A DNA stretch of 45,891 nt, from positions 1 to 45,891 of the forward strand of contig JAOTWE010000002.1 in NCBI GenBank assembly GCA_029863065.1, given 5' to 3'. The notes beneath the pieces were generated by a model. It saw only the letters and a list, made by a program, of their open reading frames with translations. It searched no databases and was not told the origin of the DNA. The stretch is from Betaproteobacteria bacterium (GTDB lineage Bacteria; Pseudomonadota; Gammaproteobacteria; Burkholderiales; SG8-39). Made by a program: the position numbers and the translations under genes. The first letter of the stretch is position 1; every line of letters starts with the position of its first letter. This document shows positions 20,681-28,890 of this stretch, one piece after another.

Positions 20681-20714
20681 GAAAAAAGGGGGCGATTCTA
20701 CCTCATTCCGCCCC
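20681..20714 (-). terminator. Terminator-like hairpin plus U6 between dnaG and rpoD.
   Basis: Minus-sense RNA immediately after the dnaG UGA: GGGGCG GAAUGAGGUAGAAU CGCCCC C UUUUUU. It sits about 35 nt upstream of the preferred rpoD ATG. Confidence 0.5.
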
Positions 20715-22469
20715 TCAGGACCTCTGAGCTTTCAACTGATGCAGCTCTTTGACCCGCAGATGCAGCTCGGCGTTCAACGCCGGATTGGCCTCCACCTGGC
20801 CCTTGAGCACCTCGATCTCGCGATGCTTGCGGCGGATACGCAGGGCAATCTGCAGCTGGCGGAATTCCTGCGTCGCCGATTCCGGGGTCAGGCCCTGCTC
20901 GATGGCCGACTCCTGCGCCTGGAACACGGCTTTCTCGAACTGCGTTCCCTGGTAGCGCTCGACCAGCACCGCGCCGCTCATGGCTTCGGCGTCCGCCAGT
21001 TCCGCCGCCAGCGCCCTGAGCGCCGCCGATTCCGGGGCGCCGGGGTCGAGCAGCTCTTCGTCCAGTTCCTCGGCGAGCGCTGGATGGGTCACCACGCAGC
21101 GCAGCAGGTGCTGCTCCTCAGTCTTGGGAATAGGCGCCTGCGCCTTGCCGAAGGCGGGACGGCGTGGCCTGGCTTCGCGGTCGGCGGCGTAGAAGCTCTC
21201 CGCGTAATCAGGCGCGATCTGCGCGAGCTCCGCCACGGCGCGGATCAGTTGCTGGCGCAGCGCCGGCGCGGCCAGGCGCTGGATCAGGGGCTTGGCCGTG
21301 ACCTGGAATCGCGCGCGCCCTTCGGCGGCGCCAAGGTCGGACTGCGCGCGCAGCTCTCCCAGCAGGAATCCCGAAAGGGTCTGCGCCTGCGCGATCAGCC
21401 GCTCGAGCACTTGCCTGCCGTTCGCGCGCACGAAGCTGTCCGGATCCTCTCCCTCCGGCAGGAAAAGAAAGCGCAGCGCCGTGGTGTCGGTGGCGAGCGG
21501 CAGGCTCACTTCGAGGGCGCGCCAGGCAGCCTTGCGGCCGGCGCTGTCGCCGTCGAAGCAAAACACGAGTTCGCTGCCGCTTTCGCGCAGCTCGCGCAGC
21601 AGCCGGGTGACGTGCACCGGCGTCGTCGCCGTGCCGAGCGTCGCCACCGCGTAGCCCAGGTCGTGCTGCGCGAGCGCGAGGACATCCATGTAGCCCTCGA
21701 CCACCAGCGCGCGCTTCGCCTCGCGGATCGCATCGCGCGCGTGGCCGAGCCCGTAGATTTCCTGGCCCTTCTGGAACAGCGGCGTTTCCGGTGAGTTCAG
21801 GTACTTCGGCTCGCCTTCGCCCAGCACGCGCCCGCCGAAGCCGACGACCGTGTCGCGGCGATTGAAGATCGGGAACATGACGCGATCGCGGAAGCGGTCG
21901 TAGCGCTTGCCCTCGCCCTCGATCACCAGGCCGCACTCGACGAGCGCGGCGTTGTCGTAGTCGGGGAAGGCGCGCTTGAGCGCCTGCCAGTCGTCGGGCG
22001 CAAAGCCGACGCCGAAGCGCGCCGCCGTCTCGCCGCTCAAGCCGCGGCGCTTCAGGTAGTCGATCGCCCGCGGCGCGCGCCTGAGCTCGGCGCGGTAGAA
22101 GTCCATCGCCCGCTGCATGAGCGCGGCGAGATCGGTCTCGCGCTCCTTCCTTTTCGCCTCGTCCGGCGTGCGCGGCTGCCACTCGGGCACCTGCATGCCG
22201 ACCAGCGAGGCGAGCTCCTTGATGGCGTCGACGTAGCCCATGCTGCCGTAATCCATCAGGAAGCCGATGGCATTGCCGTGCTTCTGGCAGCCAAAGCAGT
22301 GGTAGAACTGCTTCGCCCCGCTCACCGTGAAGGAGGGCGTCTTTTCGTTGTGGAACGGGCACAGCCCGGAGAAATTGGCGCCCGCCTTCTTCAGCTGCAC
22401 GTAGCGCCCGACCACCTCGACGATGTCGATGCGGTTGAGGAGATCCTGCTTAAACGAATCCGGGATCAC
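20715..22469 (-). CDS. dnaG: DNA primase.
   Basis: 584 aa. Zinc-ribbon motif CPFHNEKTPSFTVSGAKQFYHCFGCQKHGNAIGFLM. TOPRIM region VVEGYMDVLAL...FCFDGDSAGRKAA. GTG start. Confidence 0.93.
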   Translation of the reverse strand: MIPDSFKQDLLNRIDIVEVVGRYVQLKKAGANFSGLCPFHNEKTPSFTVSGAKQFYHCFGCQKHGNAIGFLMDYGSMGYVDAIKELASLVGMQVPEWQPRTPDEAKRKERETDLAALMQRAMDFYRAELRRAPRAIDYLKRRGLSGETAARFGVGFAPDDWQALKRAFPDYDNAALVECGLVIEGEGKRYDRFRDRVMFPIFNRRDTVVGFGGRVLGEGEPKYLNSPETPLFQKGQEIYGLGHARDAIREAKRALVVEGYMDVLALAQHDLGYAVATLGTATTPVHVTRLLRELRESGSELVFCFDGDSAGRKAAWRALEVSLPLATDTTALRFLFLPEGEDPDSFVRANGRQVLERLIAQAQTLSGFLLGELRAQSDLGAAEGRARFQVTAKPLIQRLAAPALRQQLIRAVAELAQIAPDYAESFYAADREARPRRPAFGKAQAPIPKTEEQHLLRCVVTHPALAEELDEELLDPGAPESAALRALAAELADAEAMSGAVLVERYQGTQFEKAVFQAQESAIEQGLTPESATQEFRQLQIALRIRRKHREIEVLKGQVEANPALNAELHLRVKELHQLKAQRS

Positions 22470-22472
22470 GGC

Positions 22473-22525
22473 AAAAGGGGACAGACCCCATTTTCAACAA
22501 GAAAATGGGGTCTGTCCCCCTTTTT
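22473..22525 (-). terminator. Very stable hairpin (about 23 bp with one bulge) with flanking A/U runs, between yqeY and dnaG. Candidate attenuator or bidirectional terminator.
   Basis: aaaaggggacagaccccattttc aacaa gaaaatggggtctgtccccctttt. It begins right after the yqeY stop and ends 3 nt before the dnaG GTG. Confidence 0.6.
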
Positions 22526-22971
22526 CAAGCGCTGAGCTTCGTTTTCACGAGCGCGGACACTGTTCCCATGTCAGCGCGCCCGGCCAGGCGGGGTTTCAGC
22601 AGGGCCATGACCTTGCCCATGTCCTTGACGCCGCTGGCGCCGGCTTCGCCCACGGCCGCGGCGATCGCCTGCGCGATCTCGGCGTCGCTCATCTGCTGCG
22701 GCAGGTAGGCCGAAAGCACGCCGATCTCGAATTTCTCCTGGTCGGCCAGGTCCTGGCGTGCGGCCTTCTCATACTGGGCAATGGATTCGCGGCGCTGCTT
22801 CACCATCTTGTCGATGATGCCGAGGACGTCGGCGTCCGAGAGTTGCAGCCGCTCATCCACTTCCTTTTGCTTCAGGGCGGCGAGCAGCAGCCGGATGGCC
22901 GACAGGCGCGCCGCGTCCTTGGCGCGCATCGCCGCCTTCATGTCTTCTTGCACTCGTTCCTTCAGGGTCAT
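22525..22971 (-). CDS. yqeY: GatB/YqeY-domain protein.
   Basis: 148 aa: LKERVQEDMKAAMRAKD..RLSAIRLLLAALKQKEVD...LSAYLPQQMSDAEI. Confidence 0.85.
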   Translation of the reverse strand: MTLKERVQEDMKAAMRAKDAARLSAIRLLLAALKQKEVDERLQLSDADVLGIIDKMVKQRRESIAQYEKAARQDLADQEKFEIGVLSAYLPQQMSDAEIAQAIAAAVGEAGASGVKDMGKVMALLKPRLAGRADMGTVSALVKTKLSA

Positions 22972-22980
22972 GAGAGTTCC

Positions 22981-23016
22981 AGAAACGCAAACGCCCCGGC
23001 GGGCTGCACCGGGGCG
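22981..23016 (-). terminator. Hairpin plus U-rich tail downstream of rpsU (candidate attenuator).
   Basis: Minus-sense RNA CGCCCCGG UGCAGCCCG CCGGGGCG UUUGCGUUUCU. Confidence 0.45.
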
Positions 23017-23041
23017 CGGATCGGGATCGGAGGATTCGGGC

Positions 23042-23254
23042 CTAGTACATCTTCGCCGGCAGCATCTGGCTGCGCAAGCGCTTGTGATGGCGCTTCACCG
23101 CCGCGGCGAGCTTGCGCTTTCGCTCGGAGGTCGGCTTTTCATAGAATTCGCGCGCGCGCAGCTCGGTCAATAGCCCCGTCTTCTCGACGGTGCGCTTGAA
23201 GCGGCGCATCGCCACCTCGAAGGGCTCGTTTTCCTTGACGCGTACGGTCGGCAT
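23042..23254 (-). CDS. rpsU: 30S ribosomal protein S21.
   Basis: The last 70 codons of track ORF 23042..24910 read [70 protein letters not shown]. The rest of that ORF is antisense shadow. Confidence 0.95.
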   Translation of the reverse strand: MPTVRVKENEPFEVAMRRFKRTVEKTGLLTELRAREFYEKPTSERKRKLAAAVKRHHKRLRSQMLPAKMY

Positions 23255-23257
23255 GCC

Positions 23258-24319
23258 ATGTCCCGAAATTCGGAAAGGGCGAAATTGTATCAGAATCCCC
23301 CCGTGCTGATCCTTGGCATCGAGACCTCGTGCGACGAAACCGGTGTGGCGTTGTACGACGCCGCCGCCGGGCGGCTGCTCGGGCACGTGGTGCATTCCCA
23401 GGTCGAAATGCACCAGGCCTATGGCGGCGTGGTGCCGGAGCTCGCCTCGCGCGACCACGTGCGCCGGCTGGTGCCGCTCGCCCGTGGCCTCCTGGCGCGA
23501 ACCGGCCGCGAAGTCGCCGAGCTCGGCGCGATCGCCTACACGCAGGGCCCGGGCCTGGTCGGCGCGCTGCTGGTGGGCGCGTCCTTCGCCCACGCGCTCG
23601 CCGCGGCCCTCGGCGTACCGGCCATCGGCATCCATCACCTCGAGGGCCACTTGCTGTCGCCCCTGCTCTCGTCCCGCCGGCCCGTATTCCCGTTTGTCGC
23701 GCTGCTCGTCTCGGGCGGCCACACGCAGCTGATGCGCGTCGCCGGCGTCGGCCGTTACGAGCTGCTGGGGGAAACGCAGGACGACGCGGCGGGCGAGGCT
23801 TTCGACAAGACGGCGACGCTGCTCGGCCTGGGTTATCCCGGCGGGCCGGCGCTCTCGAAGCTCGCCGAGCACGGCCACGCCGGACGCCACCGGCTGCCGC
23901 GGCCGATGATCGCCAGCGGCGACCTCGAATTCAGCTTCAGTGGCCTGAAGACCGCCGTGCTGCTGCTCGTCAAGGGCGCCGACCCGAACGAGCAGTTCCG
24001 CGCCGACGTGGCGCGCGCGTTTCAGGACGCCATCGTCGAAGTCCTGGTGGCGAAGTGCGCGCTCGCCATGGAACGCACCGGGCTCACGCAACTGGTGGTC
24101 GCCGGCGGCGTCGGCGCCAACCGGCCGCTGCGCGCCGCGCTCGACGCCCGGGGAAAGTCGCAGGGCTTCGACGTGATTTACCCCGAGCCGGAGCTGTGCA
24201 CCGACAACGGCGCCATGATCGCGCTCGCCGCGGCGCTGCGCCTGCAGGCGGGCCTCGCCGTCGGCAATGCGCACGGCTTTACGGTGCGTCCCCGCTGGGA
24301 TCTGGCGGCGGCGGGCTAG
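23258..24319 (+). CDS. tsaD: tRNA N6-adenosine threonylcarbamoyltransferase TsaD (Gcp/YgjD).
   Basis: [17 protein letters not shown]...HLEGHLLSP...[10 protein letters not shown]...AGGVGAN. The true start is probably GTG 23303 ([13 protein letters not shown]), which would leave a 48-nt divergent spacer to rpsU. Confidence 0.92.
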   Translation: MSRNSERAKLYQNPPVLILGIETSCDETGVALYDAAAGRLLGHVVHSQVEMHQAYGGVVPELASRDHVRRLVPLARGLLARTGREVAELGAIAYTQGPGLVGALLVGASFAHALAAALGVPAIGIHHLEGHLLSPLLSSRRPVFPFVALLVSGGHTQLMRVAGVGRYELLGETQDDAAGEAFDKTATLLGLGYPGGPALSKLAEHGHAGRHRLPRPMIASGDLEFSFSGLKTAVLLLVKGADPNEQFRADVARAFQDAIVEVLVAKCALAMERTGLTQLVVAGGVGANRPLRAALDARGKSQGFDVIYPEPELCTDNGAMIALAAALRLQAGLAVGNAHGFTVRPRWDLAAAG

Positions 24320-24917
24320 CCTTGTCGCCCACGCGGCGCTCGGCGCCGGACAGCAGCCGCCGCAGGTTGTCCTTGTGCCGCCAGGCCATGAGCACGGCGA
24401 TGGCGACGACGGCCGGGAAGACCGGCTGCAGGCCGAACAGCCAGAAGGTGTAGAACGGCGCGAACACCGCTGCCACCAGCCCCGCGAGCGACGAGATGCG
24501 GAAGAACGCGAACATCGCCGCCCACGTGGCGAGCGTGGCGAGGCCGAGCCAGACGTTGAACGCGAGCAGCACGCCCGCGGCCGTCGCCACGCCTTTGCCG
24601 CCGGCGAAGCGGTGAAAGACCGGAAACAGATGGCCGAGGAATACCGCCACGCCCGCGAGCGGCACGACCAGACCGCCGAGCGCCGACTGGCCGGTCCAGA
24701 GCTGAGCGAGGACAACCGCCAGCCAGCCCTTGCCGCCGTCGCCGAGCAGCGTGAGCGCGGCGACGAGCTTGCGGCCGCTGCGCAGCACGTTGGTGGCGCC
24801 GGGATTGCCGGAGCCGTAGCTGCGCGGATCGGGCATGCCCGCAAGCCGCGAGAGCACGATGCCGAAGGACACCGAGCCGATGAGGTAGGCGCCAAGGACG
24901 ACGAGCGCACTCTGCAT
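24279..24917 (-). CDS. plsY: Glycerol-3-phosphate acyltransferase PlsY.
   Basis: 212 aa: [15 protein letters not shown]...[12 protein letters not shown]...GDGGKG...[20 protein letters not shown]. Confidence 0.92.
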   Translation of the reverse strand: MQSALVVLGAYLIGSVSFGIVLSRLAGMPDPRSYGSGNPGATNVLRSGRKLVAALTLLGDGGKGWLAVVLAQLWTGQSALGGLVVPLAGVAVFLGHLFPVFHRFAGGKGVATAAGVLLAFNVWLGLATLATWAAMFAFFRISSLAGLVAAVFAPFYTFWLFGLQPVFPAVVAIAVLMAWRHKDNLRRLLSGAERRVGDKASPPPPDPSGDAP

Positions 24918-24942
24918 GACCCGAATGTTACCCGCGCGCCCC

Positions 24943-24948
24943 TATAAT
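24943..24948 (+). promoter_or_regulatory. Perfect TATAAT hexamer 9 nt upstream of the likely folB ATG. Candidate -10 box.
   Basis: cccctataatcgcgcgaccATG. I found no convincing -35. Confidence 0.3.
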
Positions 24949-24957
24949 CGCGCGACC

Positions 24958-25308
24958 ATGGACGCCATTCTGATCCGCGACCTGCGCGTCGAAGCGCTGA
25001 TCGGCATTCACCAGCGCGAGCGCCACGTGGCGCAGACGGTGTCCGTCGATCTGGAGATCGGCATTCCCGGCACCGCGGTGTTCAAGAGCGACCGGGTGGC
25101 CGACACCATCGACTACGAGCAGGTGGCGCTGCGCATCAAGGCGCTCGCCTCCAGCGGTCACTTTCGCCTCGTGGAGACGCTGGCCGAGCGCATCGCGCAA
25201 CTGCTGCTCGAGGAATTCCGCGCCCCCTGGGTGAAGGTGAGCGCGGCGAAGGTCGGCGTGCTCGCCAATGCCAAGCTGGTCGGCGTTTCGATCGAGCGCA
25301 AGCGCTAG
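24958..25308 (+). CDS. folB: Dihydroneopterin aldolase.
   Basis: [34 protein letters not shown]...DYEQV...VETLAERIA fits FolB. The track ORF begins at 24916, but that ATG overlaps the plsY start codon, so 24958 is preferred. Confidence 0.85.
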   Translation: MDAILIRDLRVEALIGIHQRERHVAQTVSVDLEIGIPGTAVFKSDRVADTIDYEQVALRIKALASSGHFRLVETLAERIAQLLLEEFRAPWVKVSAAKVGVLANAKLVGVSIERKR

Positions 25309-25778
25309 TCCGCGAGCGCCACGTCCACCAGCTGCGGCGAGAGCGCGCGCACCAGCTCGCCGGGAGCGATGCCGACGAGGAAACCGCGCCGCCCACCGTT
25401 GATGTAGATCTTCGGCAGTTCGAGGATCGACCGCTCCAGGTAGATCGGCAGCTTCTTGCGCGTGCCGAAGGGCGAGGTGCCCCCCACCTGGTATCCCGAG
25501 TGGCGCTGCGCCGCGTCCGGCCGGCACGGCTCGATCCGCTTCACGCCGGCCTGGCGCGCGAGGTTCTTCGTCGACACCTTGCGATCGCCCTGCATCAGCA
25601 CGAGAAGCGGCTTGCCCGCCTCGTCCTGCATGACCAGGGTCTTTACCACCTCGCGCTCGGGCACGCCGAGCGCGCGCGACGACACCTCGGTGCCACCGTG
25701 CTCGACGTATGCGTACTCGTGCTCCGTGTAGGCGACGCGATGCGCCTTCAGGAACACGGTCGCCGGCGTGTCAGCCAC
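25305..25778 (-). CDS. ybaK: Cys-tRNA(Pro)/Cys-tRNA(Cys) deacylase, YbaK family.
   Basis: 157 aa: VFLKAHRVAYTEHEY...VKTLVMQDE.GKPLLVLMQGDRKVSTKNLA...GYQVGGTSPFG. Confidence 0.85.
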   Translation of the reverse strand: MADTPATVFLKAHRVAYTEHEYAYVEHGGTEVSSRALGVPEREVVKTLVMQDEAGKPLLVLMQGDRKVSTKNLARQAGVKRIEPCRPDAAQRHSGYQVGGTSPFGTRKKLPIYLERSILELPKIYINGGRRGFLVGIAPGELVRALSPQLVDVALAD

Positions 25779-26700
25779 GCGGATGGTGCTTCGCGTGCAG
25801 CGCCTTCAGGCGCTCGCGCGCGACGTGCGTGTAGATCTGCGTGGTGGAAATGTCGGCGTGCCCGAGAAGCATCTGCACCACGCGCAAATCCGCCCCATGA
25901 TTGATGAGGTGCGTGGCGAAGGCGTGGCGCAGCACGTGCGGCGAGAGCGGCTTGCCGGGAACCGCCTGGCGGCCGTAGCGCTTGAGCAGGTGCCAGAACG
26001 CCTGCCGCGTCATGCCCGCGCCGCGATCGGTGACGAACAGCGCGTCGCTCGCTTTCTTCTTCAGCAGCGCGGGCCGCGCCTGCGCGAGATAGCGCTGCAC
26101 CGAGGACACCGCCTCCTCGCCGAGCGGCACCAGGCGCTCCTTCGACCCCTTGCCGAGCACGCGTACCACGCCGGCGTCAAGGTTGGCCTCGAACACCTTC
26201 AGCGCCACGAGCTCGGAGACGCGCAGGCCCGAGGCGTAGAGCACTTCCAGCATGGCGCGATCGCGCAGCCCGCGCGGCGCCGCGATGTCCGGCGCGGCGA
26301 GCAGCGCCTCGACGTCGGCTTCGGAGAGGCTCTTCGGAAAGCGCGGCGCACGCCGCGGCGGATCGAGCTTCAGCGTCGGGTCGGCGGTGATCAGGCGCTC
26401 GCGCAGGCAATGGCGGTAGAAGCGCTTCAGCGTCGAAAGCATGCGCGCAGCGCTCGTCGCCCTGCCGCGGCGCGCGGCGAGAAAGCCGAACAGGTCCTGC
26501 TCGCGCGCCTGCACCAGCGCGCGCCCATTCAGGAATGCGGCGAGCTGCGCCAGGTCGCGCCGGTAGGACTCGAGCGTGTTCTTCGCCAGGCCGTCCTCGA
26601 GCCACAAGGCGTCGCAGAACGCGTCCACCCACTTCGCGTCTGCGTCGCTCAGGGCTTGAGCGCGAAGGCGTCCGCTTGCGCTTCGTGCAGGAGCAACCAA
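25771..26700 (-). CDS. xerD: Site-specific tyrosine recombinase XerD. The 5' end is uncertain.
   Basis: VDAFCDALWLEDGLAKNTLESYRRDL...RDRAMLEVLYASGLRVSELV...LSPHVLRHAFATHLINHGADLRVVQMLLGHADISTTQIYTHV. There is no in-frame ATG near the expected N-terminus. Candidates are TTG 26700 and CTG 26652. Confidence 0.85.
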   Translation of the reverse strand: MVAPARSASGRLRAQALSDADAKWVDAFCDALWLEDGLAKNTLESYRRDLAQLAAFLNGRALVQAREQDLFGFLAARRGRATSAARMLSTLKRFYRHCLRERLITADPTLKLDPPRRAPRFPKSLSEADVEALLAAPDIAAPRGLRDRAMLEVLYASGLRVSELVALKVFEANLDAGVVRVLGKGSKERLVPLGEEAVSSVQRYLAQARPALLKKKASDALFVTDRGAGMTRQAFWHLLKRYGRQAVPGKPLSPHVLRHAFATHLINHGADLRVVQMLLGHADISTTQIYTHVARERLKALHAKHHPRG

Positions 26701-27131
26701 CGCTTGGCCTCGATCAGGTAGCCATCCGTGGCGTGCGCAAAGCCGCCGATGCCGTCGGCGGCGACGACGCGGTGGCAGGGGATGACAATCGGCAGGCGAT
26801 TGTCGCCACAGGCCTGGCCTACGGCGCGCGCCTCGCCGCCGAGCTCGCGCGCCAGCTCGCCGTAGGTGCGCGTGCGGCCGCGCGGAATGGCGCGCATCGC
26901 TGCCCAAACGCTTTTCTGAAACACCGTTCCCTCGATGGCGAGCGGCAGGTCGAACGCCGCGTCCGCATCCTCGCGATAGCGCTCGAGCTGGCGCGCCGCG
27001 CGCTCGGCGAGGGCGTTTTTCGGCTTGACCACGGGTGCCGAGGGCGGCAGGTAGCGGATTTCGGCGATGCGCTCTTCGCGCGCCACCACCGCGACCTTCA
27101 TCTTCGGAAAAGCAACGACTACGTCGTACAT
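26649..27131 (-). CDS. ogt: Methylated-DNA-protein-cysteine methyltransferase (Ogt type).
   Basis: The last 160 codons of track ORF 26649..27896: GTVFQKSVWAAMRAIPRGRTRTYGELA...IVIPCHRVV (PCHR active site). Confidence 0.88.
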   Translation of the reverse strand: MYDVVVAFPKMKVAVVAREERIAEIRYLPPSAPVVKPKNALAERAARQLERYREDADAAFDLPLAIEGTVFQKSVWAAMRAIPRGRTRTYGELARELGGEARAVGQACGDNRLPIVIPCHRVVAADGIGGFAHATDGYLIEAKRWLLLHEAQADAFALKP

Positions 27132-28123
27132 AGCTTCTCGATCTTCGCCAGGAGATCGTCCGGCACTTCGATGCCTTCCTGCGCCAGGCGCTTTTCGGCG
27201 GCGAAGCGCCGCGCACCCGGCAGTCGCACGCCCTCGTCGGCGAGCATGGCGCGCACCACGGTCTCGACGCGCTCCAGGTACTTGTCGGTGCCGGCGAGCG
27301 CCGCCGGATCGATGGCGAGGAACGCCTGGCCGATGCGCGGCTTGTTGCCCTGCTCGGCGAAGAACGAATCCGCCTCGGGTCCGATCGCCGCGCCGGTGAG
27401 CGCGGCGCACATGAGCTCGAAGGCGAGCGCGAGCATCGCGCCCTTCGACCCGCCGATGGGAAAAAGGCTGCCGCGCTCGATGGCTTCCTTCGGGTCGGTC
27501 GTCGGCTTGCCGTCTCGGTCGAGCGCCCAGCCCTCGGGGATGCGCTCGCCCTTTTGCATTGCCACCATGATCTTGCCGCGCACCACGGTGGTGAGCGCCA
27601 GGTCGACGACGATCGGATCGGCGCCCTTGCGCGGAAAGGCGAAGGCGACCGGATCGGTGCCGAACAGCGCCTTCCTCCCGCCCCAGGCGGGGATCGCCGC
27701 CGGCGAATTGGTGAACGCGACACCCACCAGTCCCGCCGCCGCGACCTCCAGGAGGTGGATACCGAGCACGCCGACGTGCGCGCTGTTGCGGATGCCGGCA
27801 AAGCCGATGCCGTTCTTGTGCGCTCGTCCAATCACCTCCTTGATCGCCAGGGCGCAAGACTCGTAGGGCAGGCCGTCGGCATTGTCGATCAGGCATACGG
27901 CGGCCTTCTCGGCGGCGATCGCCGGGCGCGCGGCGCCGTCGGCGCGGCCGTTTCTCAGCATCGAGCAGTAGAACGGCACGCGCGACACGCCGTGCGTGGG
28001 CAGACCCTGCTGCTCGGCACGCAGCAGATGCTGCGCCGCGGTGTCGGCCATGATTTCGTGCGCGCCCGCGTTCAACAGCGCCTGCTTCGCCAGACGGAAC
28101 AGTTCGCCCGGATTCTTCTTCAT
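27119..28123 (-). CDS. Ldh_2-family (malate/L-lactate/sulfolactate dehydrogenase-like) NAD(P)-dependent oxidoreductase.
   Basis: QQGLPTHGVSRVPFY, LFGTDPVAFAFP, PIGGSKGAMLALAFELM. Preferred start is ATG 28123 (MKKNPGEL). Confidence 0.85.
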   Translation of the reverse strand: MKKNPGELFRLAKQALLNAGAHEIMADTAAQHLLRAEQQGLPTHGVSRVPFYCSMLRNGRADGAARPAIAAEKAAVCLIDNADGLPYESCALAIKEVIGRAHKNGIGFAGIRNSAHVGVLGIHLLEVAAAGLVGVAFTNSPAAIPAWGGRKALFGTDPVAFAFPRKGADPIVVDLALTTVVRGKIMVAMQKGERIPEGWALDRDGKPTTDPKEAIERGSLFPIGGSKGAMLALAFELMCAALTGAAIGPEADSFFAEQGNKPRIGQAFLAIDPAALAGTDKYLERVETVVRAMLADEGVRLPGARRFAAEKRLAQEGIEVPDDLLAKIEKLCTT

Positions 28124-28163
28124 AATGGCGATTCTAACGGCAGGCTTTTCAGGAGGAGGACCC

Positions 28164-28835
28164 ATGGCAAGCATGATCGAACTGAAGGCGGCTGACGGCC
28201 ACAAGCTCGCCGCCTATCGCGCCGAGCCGCAGGGCAAGCCGCGCGGCGCCGTCGTCGTGATCCAGGAAATATTCGGCGTCAACAAGCACATCAAGGCGGT
28301 CGCCGACGGCTACGCGGCGGACGGCTACCTCGTCATCGCGCCAGCGATGTTCGACCGCGAGCAGCGCGGCTACGACACCGGCTATACGCCGCCCGAGATC
28401 GAGACCGGCCGCGCACTCATGCAGAAGATGGACTGGAAGCAGACCATGCAGGACACGGCGGCGGCGGTCGAAGTCGCCAAGGCCGCCGGCAAGGTCGGCA
28501 TCGTCGGTTATTGCTGGGGCGGCACCGTGGCCTGGGTGGCGGCGGCACGCCTGAGCGGTCTCGCCTGCGCGGCACCCTATTACGGCGGTGGCATGCCGGG
28601 ATTCATCGGCGAGAAGCCCAAGTGCCCGACGATGTGCCATTTCGGCGAGCAGGACCAGACGCCGAGCCTGGCCCAGGCCAAGGAAATCGCCAAGGCGCAT
28701 CCCGAGATCACCGCGCACTACTACCCGGGCGCCGGGCATGGCTTCAATTGCGATCACCGCGCGTCCTTCAACGCCGAAGCCTCAAAGCTCGCGCGTCAGA
28801 GGACACTCGAGTTCTTCAGGAAGCACCTCGGCTAA
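28164..28835 (+). CDS. Dienelactone hydrolase-family protein (carboxymethylenebutenolidase-like).
   Basis: AGGAGGAGGA lies 4 nt before ATG 28164. VVVIQEIFGVNKHIKAVADGYAADGYLVIAPAMFDR; nucleophile elbow GIVGYCWGG; GAGHGF. Confidence 0.85.
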   Translation: MASMIELKAADGHKLAAYRAEPQGKPRGAVVVIQEIFGVNKHIKAVADGYAADGYLVIAPAMFDREQRGYDTGYTPPEIETGRALMQKMDWKQTMQDTAAAVEVAKAAGKVGIVGYCWGGTVAWVAAARLSGLACAAPYYGGGMPGFIGEKPKCPTMCHFGEQDQTPSLAQAKEIAKAHPEITAHYYPGAGHGFNCDHRASFNAEASKLARQRTLEFFRKHLG

Positions 28836-28847
28836 CGTGGATCGCAG

Positions 28848-28866
28848 GGCGGGCCCGTGGCCCGCC
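28848..28866. terminator. GC-rich hairpin between convergent genes (candidate bidirectional terminator).
   Basis: ggcgggcc cgt ggcccgcc, an 8-bp stem. No clear U run. Confidence 0.35.
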
Positions 28867-28890
28867 ATGGGTGGGCCGTTGGCCCAACCT

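Noticed and set aside
23255-24910. Upstream part of the 622-aa ORF 23042..24910.
   Set aside because: Only the last 70 codons (S21) are real. The remainder is antisense to tsaD and out of frame with plsY.
25771-26700. The tyrosine recombinase as a mobile-element integrase.
   Set aside because: The sequence matches the XerD pattern (DALWLE..., LRHAFATHL..GADLRVVQMLLGHADISTTQIYTH). It sits among housekeeping genes with no attachment-site repeats or cargo.
25771-28204. Track ORFs 25771..27831 (686 aa) and 26649..27896 (415 aa) read as single large proteins.
   Set aside because: Each has a recognisable domain only at its C-terminal end (XerD and Ogt respectively). The upstream parts are alternative-frame read-through across the Ogt and Ldh_2 genes.
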